Shown here in pieces: positions 8,779-17,441 of a DNA stretch of 64,000 nt; position 1 is the stretch's first letter, and each line of letters opens with the position of its first letter. The notes beneath the pieces are model-generated. The model saw nothing but the letters and a program-made list of their open reading frames with translations, ran no database searches and was not told where the DNA came from. The translations under genes and the position numbers were made by a program. The stretch lies in the IMG/VR virus record IMGVR_UViG_3300031992_000019. One strand, written 5' to 3'. This DNA comes from a virus (taxonomy: Duplodnaviria; Caudoviricetes).

Positions 8779-8798
8779 ATCCATTGCCGCCTGCGAAC

Positions 8799-9164
8799 TT
8801 ACCCAGCAGACAAACCTTGAGCCTTACGATGCTCGCGATACTCTTTCCGTTTTCGTTCAGGACTTACATAGTTCCTATTTATTCTCTCCATAAAATCGGA
8901 TGGACTCTCCCTATTAAGCCACGCGGCCATTTCTGGCGTAACTCGTCTTGGTGTTGCAAGCATTTTTGCTCGTTTCAACCTTCCATCCAACCCCCTATCG
9001 AGTTTATCAAGGGCTTCTTGAAGTTTGATATTGTCACCAAACATACCGCGACCACTACGTTGCTTCTTCTTGTAGTCGGCTATCAACTTCTTTCTTTCCC
9101 TCTCATAACGCTTGCGTTCCTTCTCTTGCGCAAGGGCAATCTTGTCTTCTTGTCTTTCTGCCAT
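8799..9164 (-). CDS. Highly basic Arg/Lys-rich protein
   Basis: Own promoter (9205-9213) mirroring that of the 8257 gene. Confidence 0.75.
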   Translation of the reverse strand: MAERQEDKIALAQEKERKRYERERKKLIADYKKKQRSGRGMFGDNIKLQEALDKLDRGLDGRLKRAKMLATPRRVTPEMAAWLNRESPSDFMERINRNYVSPERKRKEYREHRKAQGLSAG

Positions 9165-9253
9165 ACTTAATACTTACAATTAAAAGTTAAACATTTTTCT
9201 CGCTGCAAAGATAGCGCATTTTAGCCGTTTGCAATCACTGGGGGGGGGAATAA

Positions 9254-9279
9254 CGCACAATAAATAAAAGTGCAATGAA
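9254..9279. repeat. Right copy of the 26-bp inverted repeat
   Basis: CGCACAATAAATAAAAGTGCAATGAA. Confidence 0.9.
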
Positions 9280-9307
9280 GGGTTGTCTATGAGCCTATAT
9301 CGGGGTC

Positions 9308-9928
9308 TTACCACCAGTGATTATACTCTTTCGCGCGTTCTTTGCGGAGATAGTCGCACATCCAGCTATACATCCAACCGCCCTTGTTCTTGTGGGACTT
9401 CCACCTTTGATGGAGCAAGGCAATCTGCGGAAGATTATCCGTGGAGATTTCGGGCCATATATCGAAATAGATGGTGTCATACCTCTCGTCTTTTTGAGGC
9501 TTGTATTCGAGGATGTCAGCGCAAATAACCTTCAAGGGGAGGTCTTTGTATTTAGGATAGACCAAATCAATCACGTCTTGGTACTTCTCATACACGGTTA
9601 TGTCGGTGATAGTCCCGTCATTGACCTTATCGCGGAGGTTCTCGAGGATAAGTCCGATACCCAGACCACCAATCATAACCTTGCCCTTGGCTTTCTGTAT
9701 GAATAGTCGGTTTGTTTCCATCTCCATATTGGTGTCGGACATCATCAACTCCCCGTTCACGGAAAGCCTTACGAAGTCACCGCTTGTGACTTGCATAAAG
9801 TACGGCTGTCGGCTGAATAGAGAGCGCATATTATACATCTGCGCCTTCTCCTTGTCGATGGAGATATGCGTTATCTTTGCACACCCGATGGTTTCGGGTA
9901 CTGGGAAATTTTGCTTCACACCTTTCAT
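9308..9928 (-). CDS. Class I SAM-dependent transferase, spermidine-synthase-like fold
   Basis: VMIGGLGIG, VYEK, ICADI, YDTIYFDIW. Confidence 0.75.
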   Translation of the reverse strand: MKGVKQNFPVPETIGCAKITHISIDKEKAQMYNMRSLFSRQPYFMQVTSGDFVRLSVNGELMMSDTNMEMETNRLFIQKAKGKVMIGGLGIGLILENLRDKVNDGTITDITVYEKYQDVIDLVYPKYKDLPLKVICADILEYKPQKDERYDTIYFDIWPEISTDNLPQIALLHQRWKSHKNKGGWMYSWMCDYLRKERAKEYNHWW

Positions 9929-10050
9929 ATTCCTTTCTTTTTCATTTCTTCCAGAATCTTTCGCGTCTTCTGTATCGTGTCAATCTTGCTTGCTTTCCAC
10001 CCAAGATAGAAGAAGAACAAGCAGAGGGGGATAATCAAGAGAACCATATC

Positions 10051-10272
10051 CTACGGGTAGTAAACTCCGTTTATGAATGTCTTGTAGTGGCTATCCGCAT
10101 TGGGGACTTTAACCAGTTCAAACACACGTTTCCAGAAGGTGTTCTTCGGGTCGGGTTTCTCCTCAAGCATCATATTGACGATGCCTTTGCCATTCGGGTA
10201 GCACGCGGTGAGCGCACGTTCCCTTGACCCTTTTTCAAGGGTGTTCCAATACTTGATGCTTACTTTCTTCAT
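10051..10272 (-). CDS. Hypothetical protein
   Basis: ORF track; operon packing. Confidence 0.55.
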   Translation of the reverse strand: MKKVSIKYWNTLEKGSRERALTACYPNGKGIVNMMLEEKPDPKNTFWKRVFELVKVPNADSHYKTFINGVYYP

Positions 10273-10277
10273 AATCC

Positions 10278-10700
10278 TTAATGTTTATACATATTTTTCG
10301 GTGCTTCGATGAACATCCCTATTGGGAGTCGGTAATTGAAATGATGCTCGTCAAGATAGTCCTTCACCTCGATGGACATCCTGTATAGATTGGTGTTGAA
10401 GTCGATATCATCGTCACCCAAGATAGTGAAGCCATCCCACCCCTCATAAGCCTCGAAGTCGTGAGGAAGGAGCTTGTTGAGTTCCCTCTTCTCTTTCTGC
10501 GTGGCATTCTTCCAAGAGCGGAGATAGGGACGGCAGTCCTCTATTGGATAGAAGGAGTCCAAACACTTATCGTTAAGGTCGATAAGGGGTATCTCATACT
10601 CTGGCGCACCTTCTTTCCCCTCATAGGCGAACCTCATCTTGTAGGGGTAGCCATCGCAGAAAACGCGGAAGAGCAGCTTCTTCTTTTCTTTCTTGGTCAT
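10278..10700 (-). CDS. Hypothetical protein
   Basis: RPYLR...TQKEK..., DYLDEHHFNYR pattern seen in Bacteroidetes phage proteins. Confidence 0.6.
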   Translation of the reverse strand: MTKKEKKKLLFRVFCDGYPYKMRFAYEGKEGAPEYEIPLIDLNDKCLDSFYPIEDCRPYLRSWKNATQKEKRELNKLLPHDFEAYEGWDGFTILGDDDIDFNTNLYRMSIEVKDYLDEHHFNYRLPIGMFIEAPKNMYKH

Positions 10701-10909
10701 TTCTTCACGATTTTGATGGTGTCGCCCACTTGGTAGAGGGTGTTGGTATAGATGTTCACATTATCAGCTCTTCTATTGCAGTCGGCAACGGATATTTTAT
10801 ACTTTTTGTCAAATTGCGGAGAGAGCACCTTGACCTCCTCTACAACTCCCGTGTCATTTATATTGACACAAGACGAAAGCAGCAGACATAACAATAAAAA
10901 TTTCTTCAT
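10697..10909 (-). CDS. Small putative lipoprotein
   Basis: MKKFLLLCLLLSSC lipobox; YQVGDTIKI. Confidence 0.6.
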   Translation of the reverse strand: MKKFLLLCLLLSSCVNINDTGVVEEVKVLSPQFDKKYKISVADCNRRADNVNIYTNTLYQVGDTIKIVKK

Positions 10910-10914
10910 TTTCT

Positions 10915-10945
10915 TTTATAACGTATAAATAGGATAAATGTTTAC
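10915..10945 (-). promoter_or_regulatory. ECF-like promoter GTAAA-N17-CGTTATAA
   Basis: Repeated motif with fixed spacing. Confidence 0.55.
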
Positions 10946-11066
10946 TTGTTTGCTTTTTTTAACCTTTTAACAGCCTCTTCTTCCGTGTCACCCCAAGCCG
11001 CGTTTATTTTCCCGTTTTTGGAGGCATTGGCACACCACTGGCGAAACCTCTTGTCAAAGTAAACTT

Positions 11067-11285
11067 TCATTTGTTTATGAGTATCTGGTTGCCTTTGCAA
11101 GGGCAGTCTCTACCTTGAAAAAAATCGCACCTCTTGTTGGGAGAGGCATCACCCGCGTCACAATACGGGCATCGCCCATTTCTTGCGACCAGACTCGGAG
11201 TCATTTCTACCCTCTTGTAATGGTTGCGCCATCAAGTCTCTTTCTTAATCCAGTCTATCAGTTTGAATAGTCTTTCCATAATCAT
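11067..11285 (-). pseudogene. Cys-rich microprotein interrupted by an in-frame TGA at 11232-11234
   Basis: MIMERLFKLIDWIKKET*WRNH...CPYC...C...CPC; ATGA overlaps at both ends. Confidence 0.5.
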
Positions 11286-11446
11286 TCGTGATTACATACT
11301 ATCGAGTAAATATTATCCTTGACAAAATGTTCACATCCTCTGCAAAAAGTGCCTCCTACCAAGGCTATATGTCCAAGGAAGTTCTTGCCATAAGGACACC
11401 TATCCATCAAGACATTGTATTGCTTGTTATACTTTATTTCTTTCAT
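11282..11446 (-). CDS. Cys-rich microprotein (CP...VG...CxxC...C family)
   Basis: Own translation MKEIKYNKQYNVLMDRCPYGKNFLGHIALVGGTFCRGCEHFVKDNIYSIVCNHE. Confidence 0.65.
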   Translation of the reverse strand: MKEIKYNKQYNVLMDRCPYGKNFLGHIALVGGTFCRGCEHFVKDNIYSIVCNHE

Positions 11447-11621
11447 AGTCCTTTATTTCCTTTATCTTGTAGTCGGCATCGTCGGTCGCGTCCCTCAACT
11501 CCCTTTTAAGAGCCTTCTTCGCCTTCTTTATCGTGTCGAAAATCTCACTGCAATAACAAGAAGACCATTCGCCCCAGCCTTTGCCGACATAGTAGTGCCT
11601 AAATATTATCGCGTATTTCAT
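11427..11621 (-). CDS. Hypothetical protein
   Basis: ORF track. Confidence 0.5.
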   Translation of the reverse strand: MKYAIIFRHYYVGKGWGEWSSCYCSEIFDTIKKAKKALKRELRDATDDADYKIKEIKDYERNKV

Positions 11622-11851
11622 AACTTGGATAGGAACTCATTCATCTTTCCGTACAACTCCTTGTAGGTCTTGGCTTCAAAACCGACTTTGGATGTGATGT
11701 TGTCTTTCGTAAATGTGATGGCAGCCACCCAGCCGTTTCCACCATAAATGGGCGATTCCCACTTTTTGCAGTAATGGATATAAAGTTCGTTGATACATTC
11801 GGGGTTGAACTCGAATACGACAGGTTGCTTGATTTGTTCGAGGAGGTTCAT
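11618..11851 (-). CDS. Hypothetical protein
   Basis: ORF track; start moved to MNLLEQ. Confidence 0.55.
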   Translation of the reverse strand: MNLLEQIKQPVVFEFNPECINELYIHYCKKWESPIYGGNGWVAAITFTKDNITSKVGFEAKTYKELYGKMNEFLSKL

Positions 11852-11855
11852 AGTC

Positions 11856-11987
11856 TTATCTTTTTTTCTTGTCATTGGGAACGCGGGCAAAGTCCTTGCA
11901 GTAGAAGGTCATAAGTTTGCCAAGTCTATCCCCATTGGTACATTTGCATAGCCTTTGACAAAAATAGCAGCATTTATACTTTTTCAT
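11856..11987 (-). CDS. Cys-rich microprotein
   Basis: MKKYKCCYFCQRLCKC...YCKDF. Confidence 0.5.
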   Translation of the reverse strand: MKKYKCCYFCQRLCKCTNGDRLGKLMTFYCKDFARVPNDKKKR

Positions 11988-12259
11988 TCGTTTCGGAGTA
12001 TTACAATTTCCTTGCCAAGTGATTTCGCTATCCTCTCGGCACAATCCTTGCAGAACAACTGGTTCAGCGAGCCTTTAATCATCCCGATATAGGTGTATTC
12101 TTCATCTTGGAACTTGTGCCCGCACTTGAAGCAAGTCTTCTGGAGGGAGAGGCTATGTCTTGTCCGCACCTCTTTGTGGACATCGTATTTGAGGAATCGC
12201 GCTATCTGCGTGACCTCATACCTCTTGATGGTGGTCTTGGTGATGATATGGTCGTTCAT
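11984..12259 (-). CDS. Zn-finger-like protein
   Basis: CFKC...FCKDC. Confidence 0.65.
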   Translation of the reverse strand: MNDHIITKTTIKRYEVTQIARFLKYDVHKEVRTRHSLSLQKTCFKCGHKFQDEEYTYIGMIKGSLNQLFCKDCAERIAKSLGKEIVILRNE

Positions 12260-12263
12260 AGTC

Positions 12264-12710
12264 TTATTTGAAGTTACTCATATCCCAGTACCCGACAACG
12301 GCTTTCTCACCGCAATTCCAAGTGTCTAACACCACCCCGTCCACACACGCGCAGACGTGATTCGCGATTTGGATGATGTACTTACCCTTGTGGCTCTTCG
12401 CGAAGTTAAGCACCGTCATTCTGGGTTTGCCCCTCTCTGCCTTTACAGCCGTCCACGGACACCCACAATCAACGAACCACTTGCGGCAAGCCGATATGTC
12501 ATTAGGCACATAGAAGTCGGCTCTCGCGCGAATTGTGAGCCAATCGAAGGACTCTAACCAAGATATACCCGTAGAGTTGGCTAACGCGCGTATCACGCAG
12601 TCAGCTCGATTCCAGACCATCGTCTTTCGGGACTTGTCGGCAGGATTCGGGTTAGTGTACCGAAAATTGCTCGTGGGAGCATAATATTTTTGAAATCGCT
12701 TATTATCCAT
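12264..12710 (-). CDS. Putative papain-like Cys peptidase-fold protein
   Basis: DCVIRA...NHV...DGVVLDTWN; Cys-His-Asp order. Confidence 0.55.
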   Translation of the reverse strand: MDNKRFQKYYAPTSNFRYTNPNPADKSRKTMVWNRADCVIRALANSTGISWLESFDWLTIRARADFYVPNDISACRKWFVDCGCPWTAVKAERGKPRMTVLNFAKSHKGKYIIQIANHVCACVDGVVLDTWNCGEKAVVGYWDMSNFK

Positions 12711-12712
12711 AG

Positions 12713-13210
12713 TCAAATAAGTTGTGCGCACCAATAGCACGTTTTGTATCTTTTGTCGCTAACTCTACGCTTAAGGCAGCACTGACACCATTCTGGATTA
12801 CCCTTGCGTGATTCGAGTGTTTCTTCGTCAAGTGCCACGTTGAAATTTTGAGGTCTATCCGTTATCTTGTTGCAGCTTGGGCGATACTTTTTGATAAGCT
12901 CATACTCAAGTTCGAGCATATCTTTCTCGTTGTCAAACCTCTTGTACTCTTTGAACACAAGATTTTTGCCATGTGTCTTGTGGTAATACCACCGCGACAA
13001 GGGAAATTGGATTGTTGTGCCGACGTAAATTATCTTGGAGCAATCCTTGTCCTTCTTGCTATACCCGACATACACAAGATACTTGTCCTTTCGGTACTTG
13101 TATTCGGACATGAGCCTCATAAAGTCGGTGAACGATAAAGGATTTGGCTCTTGTCCAAGGTAGTCATTGTAAAGACCAAGTTGGTAATTGCGGAAAACGT
13201 ATTTTGCCAT
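12713..13210 (-). CDS. GIY-YIG-like nuclease domain protein
   Basis: YLVY...IIYVGTT...R...H...ELEYELIKKY.P..N; C-terminal CxCC/CxxC. Confidence 0.6.
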   Translation of the reverse strand: MAKYVFRNYQLGLYNDYLGQEPNPLSFTDFMRLMSEYKYRKDKYLVYVGYSKKDKDCSKIIYVGTTIQFPLSRWYYHKTHGKNLVFKEYKRFDNEKDMLELEYELIKKYRPSCNKITDRPQNFNVALDEETLESRKGNPEWCQCCLKRRVSDKRYKTCYWCAQLI

Positions 13211-13211
13211 A

Positions 13212-13493
13212 TTAGGAGTTCATAGCCTTAATGGTTATCTCTACCATCTTGTCAAGATGCGCCCAGTAGATATCCTCTACCAAGGAGTCCTTGAGGACGT
13301 TTCTCGCGTTGTTGCCGAAGAGAAAGTTCTGCGACCACTCATACGCCTCAACCTTGCCACGGAAGTTGGCGCGGAAACTCTGGTAGGCATCAAAAACATT
13401 CTTGCTATACTTGTTCTCAAGGTGATAGGCGACATACCCGCCAAGGCGGGGGTTAATCTCATTGAAGACCTTCTTTATCTTCTCGATGTTCAT
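13212..13493 (-). CDS. Hypothetical protein
   Basis: Start at MNIEK, after the repeated hairpin. Confidence 0.6.
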   Translation of the reverse strand: MNIEKIKKVFNEINPRLGGYVAYHLENKYSKNVFDAYQSFRANFRGKVEAYEWSQNFLFGNNARNVLKDSLVEDIYWAHLDKMVEITIKAMNS

Positions 13494-13505
13494 TGCTTTA
13501 TTTTG

Positions 13506-13536
13506 TTGTGGGTAGTTGGTTGGACTACACGTGACC
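13506..13536 (-). repeat. 31-nt hairpin repeat, copy A
   Basis: GGTCACGTGTAGT-CCAACCA-ACTACCCACAA. Confidence 0.75.
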
Positions 13537-13713
13537 TTTGACATAATCACACTCAACCGCGTTCTCTGCGGGATAATTCTTCTTGTTGTATGGGCAACAA
13601 GACTTGCACCATATAGACCCTATATAGGCAGCACCATTGCGCTCGTTCGGGCATCTTGTGAGGCATCGGCATTCAAAATCCGTCTTCTTTATATCATAAT
13701 ACAACTTTGCCAT
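13525..13713 (-). CDS. Cys-rich microprotein (CP...IGS..CxxC...C family)
   Basis: LTRCP...IGSIWCKSCC...VEC. Confidence 0.6.
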   Translation of the reverse strand: MAKLYYDIKKTDFECRCLTRCPNERNGAAYIGSIWCKSCCPYNKKNYPAENAVECDYVKGHV

Positions 13714-13723
13714 AATAGAATTA

Positions 13724-13754
13724 TTGTGGGCGGCTGGTTAGACCGCCCGTGACC
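13724..13754 (-). repeat. 31-nt hairpin repeat, copy B
   Basis: GGTCACGGGCGGT-CTAACCA-GCCGCCCACAA. Confidence 0.75.
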
Positions 13755-14051
13755 TTAAAATATCTTCGGCTTTGACTCTATAAGCCGTTTGCCGTAGGCG
13801 CAAGCCTCTTTATCGTCAGTGTAGCACACAATACCAGTGAGGTGTCCGAAAATCGGGTGCTTGTAAAGAAAGAAAATCACTGGCTTGCCGTCCAATGTGT
13901 AGGCTACAAGTCCGTTGTTGAGGTGATAGTCACCCTCATAAAGATTAACCAAGTCAGTGCCAAGGTCATCTTCTAACTTGCCGTGGGCATACACGTAAGG
14001 CACTCTTTTGCCATACTCGCCATCACCATAAACTCTTGCATCGTGTACCAT
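13755..14051 (-). CDS. Hypothetical early protein
   Basis: Follows an early-class promoter and leader. Confidence 0.65.
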   Translation of the reverse strand: MVHDARVYGDGEYGKRVPYVYAHGKLEDDLGTDLVNLYEGDYHLNNGLVAYTLDGKPVIFFLYKHPIFGHLTGIVCYTDDKEACAYGKRLIESKPKIF

Positions 14052-14057
14052 ACATTA

Positions 14058-14190
14058 TAGTATTAAGAACTCGGCTCGCCCGCCGTGGGATTTTTTTAAC
14101 ACCGCAAATATACGACATTGTGTTGGATTATCCAATAGTTACATAGAATAATCCAACAATTTACCTATATATTTAACTTTCGTTAACTTG
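14058..14190 (-). promoter_or_regulatory. Early-class promoter and leader
   Basis: GTTAA repeats, TTGGATAATCCAA (14123-14135), TATATTTGCGGTG, leader CCCACGGCGGG..TTCTTAATACT. Confidence 0.7.
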
Positions 14191-14376
14191 TTTTGACAAG
14201 TCGAGTTGCTTAAAGTTGACAAAACTATTCAGGTAGCACCGCGAAGGATTGCCCTCACCGATATAATTGATGATATGTTTGCCCTCTCGCTTGTATTCGA
14301 GGTGTCGATGATAGTGTATGCAGTCCTTTTTCTTCGCGCAACACGCACCCGTACACGGCTCACGATACTTTTGCAT
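14173..14376 (-). CDS. Cys-rich microprotein
   Basis: PCTGACCAKKKDCIHY...C. Confidence 0.55.
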   Translation of the reverse strand: MQKYREPCTGACCAKKKDCIHYHRHLEYKREGKHIINYIGEGNPSRCYLNSFVNFKQLDLSKQVNES

Positions 14377-14956
14377 TCTTCTTTCCTATGCTTATGTTCT
14401 TGTTTCTTCTTTCCTTGAGGGCGGCGGGCAGTTTCTTCCAGTTCGCCTTGTACTTCTCCACCGCCCCGTTCTCGATGGCCTTTCTTCGTATCTGGCTCAT
14501 CTTCTCGCTGAACTCCCTCTTCCTCTCCTCCGACCAGTTCCTCTTTGTCTCCGCGCCCTTTCTGGCGATGTCAATACGAGTAGCGAGTTTCGTCTTTCTT
14601 CCCTTCTCAATCCTCGCCTTTCTCTGCTCGGGTGTCTCGTTCATGATGTAGTCGGTTATCTTTCCGTCCCTATACTTGTACCTCTTCGGGGTCAGTCGGG
14701 AGCATAGCGTCCCGTAGCGGAGGTTCTTCATTCTCGTCTCGTGGAGGAAATACGGGTCTTTGACCAGACCGAGTTCCTTGACCTTGTATTGCAGGGTGGA
14801 TAACCCGATGCCCAACTCGGCAGCGAGTTCCTTGTTGGTGGTGAAGGGATAAAGCCTCTTTAACTTTTCAAGCATCGCGGGTGACCAATATAACTTTGTG
14901 CCATCGCCAGAACTGCGCATAACGAGTTGTCCTTTGCTATTCTTCCAGATTTTCAT
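14360..14956 (-). CDS. HTH plus basic NUMOD3-like DNA-binding protein
   Basis: WSPAMLEKLKRLYP.TTNKELAAELG; WSEERKREFSEKMS. Confidence 0.6.
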   Translation of the reverse strand: MKIWKNSKGQLVMRSSGDGTKLYWSPAMLEKLKRLYPFTTNKELAAELGIGLSTLQYKVKELGLVKDPYFLHETRMKNLRYGTLCSRLTPKRYKYRDGKITDYIMNETPEQRKARIEKGRKTKLATRIDIARKGAETKRNWSEERKREFSEKMSQIRRKAIENGAVEKYKANWKKLPAALKERRNKNISIGKKNAKVS

Positions 14957-14963
14957 GTTTTCT

Positions 14964-14994
14964 TTTATAACGCACGAAAAGGGTTTTTATTTAC
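14964..14994 (-). promoter_or_regulatory. ECF-like promoter GTAAA-N17-CGTTATAA
   Basis: Repeated motif. Confidence 0.55.
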
Positions 14995-15026
14995 AAAAAA
15001 AAGCAGCCAATCTCACGACTGACTAC
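14995..15026 (-). terminator. Terminator of the lysis operon (GUGA tetraloop)
   Basis: CAGTC-GTGA-GATTG stem followed by a T-run. Confidence 0.6.
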
Positions 15027-15457
15027 CTTCTGTGAAATAACACAACCATTAAAACCAATAAAACCAATATTCCTATAAACCAATAATATCTATATGAGTT
15101 CTTTATCGTTGTCTTCTCCGCGTCTATTTTTTCTTTCTCCACCTCGACCTTCTCCTCCACATAGGTAAGGGTGTCCTTTATCTGGGTTGTTGTCTGCGTG
15201 GTGTCCCTCTGGACTATCTCCGCGACCAATGGGGAATAAAACCCACCGCCCGTGTCCTTCGCCAAGGAGGTGTCATAGATGTAGATGTGCAGCTCACCTA
15301 TCTTGCTCTCGTCTATCACCGAATACTTTCCGAGATTGAGCTGCGAGGCTAATTCCGTGGCTGAATAGTGCGTTCCCGTATAATGTTCGACTTTCTTCGT
15401 GGTCTTGCACGATACGAACAGAATTAGGATAAGGAGCAATATCTTCTTCATGTCCAA
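15023..15457 (-). CDS. Lipoprotein with C-terminal TM helix (unimolecular-spanin-like)
   Basis: LFVSC lipobox, C-terminal hydrophobic helix, follows the endolysin. Confidence 0.6.
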   Translation of the reverse strand: MDMKKILLLILILFVSCKTTKKVEHYTGTHYSATELASQLNLGKYSVIDESKIGELHIYIYDTSLAKDTGGGFYSPLVAEIVQRDTTQTTTQIKDTLTYVEEKVEVEKEKIDAEKTTIKNSYRYYWFIGILVLLVLMVVLFHRR

Positions 15458-15942
15458 GTGCTGCTTATTTCAATGACTATCTTCTCTCTTGCGGACTTCA
15501 AGATGTTGTAGAGTTTCTTGAAGGCTGGTACTGACGAACCTCCCTTGAGCATATAGGGGTATTTCTCGTGCCTTTCCCCAGTTAAGACACACCCATAGGA
15601 ATCCGATGTAAAGTTCCCGCTATGCAGAAGGATGCCCTCAAAGAAGGGAACATTCAATATCCTCGGCATATATCCCTCGGTAAAGGCAAGCGCGTGCCTC
15701 GGGTTCTTCTTTATCTTCTCCGTGTACTTCGGGGACGGGGAAATCCTTATCTCATACACACCCTCTGGGATGCACGTCTCCCCGTACACCTTGGTCTCCT
15801 TTTTCCCGAGGACACCCATGAGGTCGCGCCATTGGTCTTCGAGGGTGTTGCAGATGAACCTGTCCTTGTTCCCCTCGTTGAGATACAAAGAGCCAGCGGT
15901 GTATGTCTTTCCGCGAATCGTCCTAATCAGTCTTATCTTCAT
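15448..15942 (-). CDS. DUF5675-type putative endolysin
   Basis: YTAGSL...CNTLED...GETCIPEG.Y...GILLHSGN...SYGCVL; between holin and spanin. Confidence 0.8.
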   Translation of the reverse strand: MKIRLIRTIRGKTYTAGSLYLNEGNKDRFICNTLEDQWRDLMGVLGKKETKVYGETCIPEGVYEIRISPSPKYTEKIKKNPRHALAFTEGYMPRILNVPFFEGILLHSGNFTSDSYGCVLTGERHEKYPYMLKGGSSVPAFKKLYNILKSAREKIVIEISSTWT

Positions 15943-16420
15943 CTTTCAAAGAGTTAATGGCTTCCCCGAACTCCTCGATATGCCGTGATGCCTTGTTCAC
16001 CATAAACTTCTGAAGGAACTTCGCCCAAGAGCGAGGGTTTTCCGAACTCTCGTTCTCAAGGATGCTCCACACTTGATACAATGAGAATCCACCAGCCATA
16101 AAGTTGGCGAGGTACATGTCAAGGAACGGGAAAATAACGGTATCTATCAAGTGACAAGTCAGTATGAGGGAGTAGATAATCAAAAGGGTAGGAAAGCACT
16201 TCCACGCCTTCTCACTCTCGAACTTGTCATGGATTTTATCGTCAGGGATTTCGGGATGATGCCTCCTCACCCTCTTGGCTAATCTCCACGCGGAGATGGC
16301 ATCAATGAATACTGCAAAAAGACACACCAGGGCGAATGGGAGCGTTGGCTCAAGATAACCCCATACTCCCCCTAAAATAAAGAAAAGCCATCTGGCGATT
16401 ATGCTGGGAATTTCGTTCAT
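15923..16420 (-). CDS. Phage holin
   Basis: Three to four hydrophobic segments, DAISA, WSILEN. Confidence 0.8.
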   Translation of the reverse strand: MNEIPSIIARWLFFILGGVWGYLEPTLPFALVCLFAVFIDAISAWRLAKRVRRHHPEIPDDKIHDKFESEKAWKCFPTLLIIYSLILTCHLIDTVIFPFLDMYLANFMAGGFSLYQVWSILENESSENPRSWAKFLQKFMVNKASRHIEEFGEAINSLKDEDKTD

Positions 16421-16433
16421 TTCTTTTTTTGGT

Positions 16434-16504
16434 GCAAAGATAGAGAATATTTCCCACATGTCAACCGAAACGGCTTTTTACTTTGTCACAAAAAATTATC
16501 GTGC
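16434..16504 (-). promoter_or_regulatory. Late-class promoter of the lysis operon
   Basis: TATCTTTG plus TCAC-N11-GTGC operator 44 bp upstream. Confidence 0.65.
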
Positions 16505-16529
16505 AATAAAGAAAGGGATAGTCGGTTGA

Positions 16530-16820
16530 CTACCCCTCTATGATATCCACCCATCCAGATGAAATCGTTGTCAGAATTGCAGGGTCAAGATTGCCCAGAG
16601 AATTGAACACCTCGTCTGCCGATTTTTTGGAGTATGTGGTGACGATAAGACTCGCCGCCTCGCCAGTGATTTCGTGGTATTCCGTTTCGTGCGTCTTGCA
16701 CCACTCCACCGCCTTGTCGTGCCAGTTTTTGTTGAAAAACACGAACGCCTGGCTGATAGGTTCGCCATCCTTGTACTCTTCTGCCCTCTTTCGGGGGTTC
16801 TCTACTTCTTGGTATCGCAT
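16530..16820 (-). CDS. Hypothetical protein
   Basis: Start moved to MRYQEV. Confidence 0.55.
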   Translation of the reverse strand: MRYQEVENPRKRAEEYKDGEPISQAFVFFNKNWHDKAVEWCKTHETEYHEITGEAASLIVTTYSKKSADEVFNSLGNLDPAILTTISSGWVDIIEG

Positions 16821-17143
16821 AACTTTCCGATTTTGATGATTATTACTTTGCAGTCTGGTGCGCCCCATTTGGGGTTGCCGACACCGATGCTTATATTTCT
16901 TATCTCATAGGTCATTGTCCGCTTTGTATAACCGTAGCGGAATCTGACGTGGGTAAAGTCCTTAGGCTTGAGGTACGGGGGTATCTCGCAACGGCAGATG
17001 TTGGAGCAAGGTAACTTTGCTGGATTACAATCGAAGATGCGTTTCATCCAGAAGGGTTTAATCTCGCGGTACTCTTCTCTCTTTATCCCCGACTCAATCA
17101 TTTCGTACCACTCTTTCTTGAGGGGGAGGTCTAATACTTTCAT
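16802..17143 (-). CDS. ASCH-domain protein
   Basis: LPLKKEWYEMIESGIKREEYRE...VRFRYGY. Confidence 0.85.
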   Translation of the reverse strand: MKVLDLPLKKEWYEMIESGIKREEYREIKPFWMKRIFDCNPAKLPCSNICRCEIPPYLKPKDFTHVRFRYGYTKRTMTYEIRNISIGVGNPKWGAPDCKVIIIKIGKLCDTKK

Positions 17144-17274
17144 TCTTGCTTATTGATGCAGCCATCGCATCTTTTGATTATTCGTTTCTCGTTATCTACA
17201 CACGCTTCGTTTATTTCTCCACGGCTTGTTCCAACCCACGGGAGGAACTTGGGGCAATGATGTTTCGGTCTCAT
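17140..17274 (-). CDS. Cys-rich microprotein (44 aa)
   Basis: Own translation MRPKHHCPKF...C...CDGC; ATGA coupling. Confidence 0.5.
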   Translation of the reverse strand: MRPKHHCPKFLPWVGTSRGEINEACVDNEKRIIKRCDGCINKQE

Positions 17275-17438
17275 CTTGGAAAATAGTTTTTACATTCGTC
17301 ACACCGATTACACAAGTATTCGTGAGGATTGTTATATCCTTTGTCTGCAAAGCAGTATGCGCCATAAGAATCGTCTGGCTCGTGCCACTCTACGCACGTC
17401 TTGCATAGCGGTCTTTTTGCGCCTTTATTCGGTTTCAT
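17271..17438 (-). CDS. Cys-rich microprotein (55 aa)
   Basis: CKTC...YC...CNRCDEC. Confidence 0.55.
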   Translation of the reverse strand: MKPNKGAKRPLCKTCVEWHEPDDSYGAYCFADKGYNNPHEYLCNRCDECKNYFPR

Positions 17439-17441
17439 AGG

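Noticed and set aside
8149-9279. IS/MITE bounded by the 26-bp IRs
   Set aside because: No transposase or target duplication; the IRs are explained as duplicated promoter/operator
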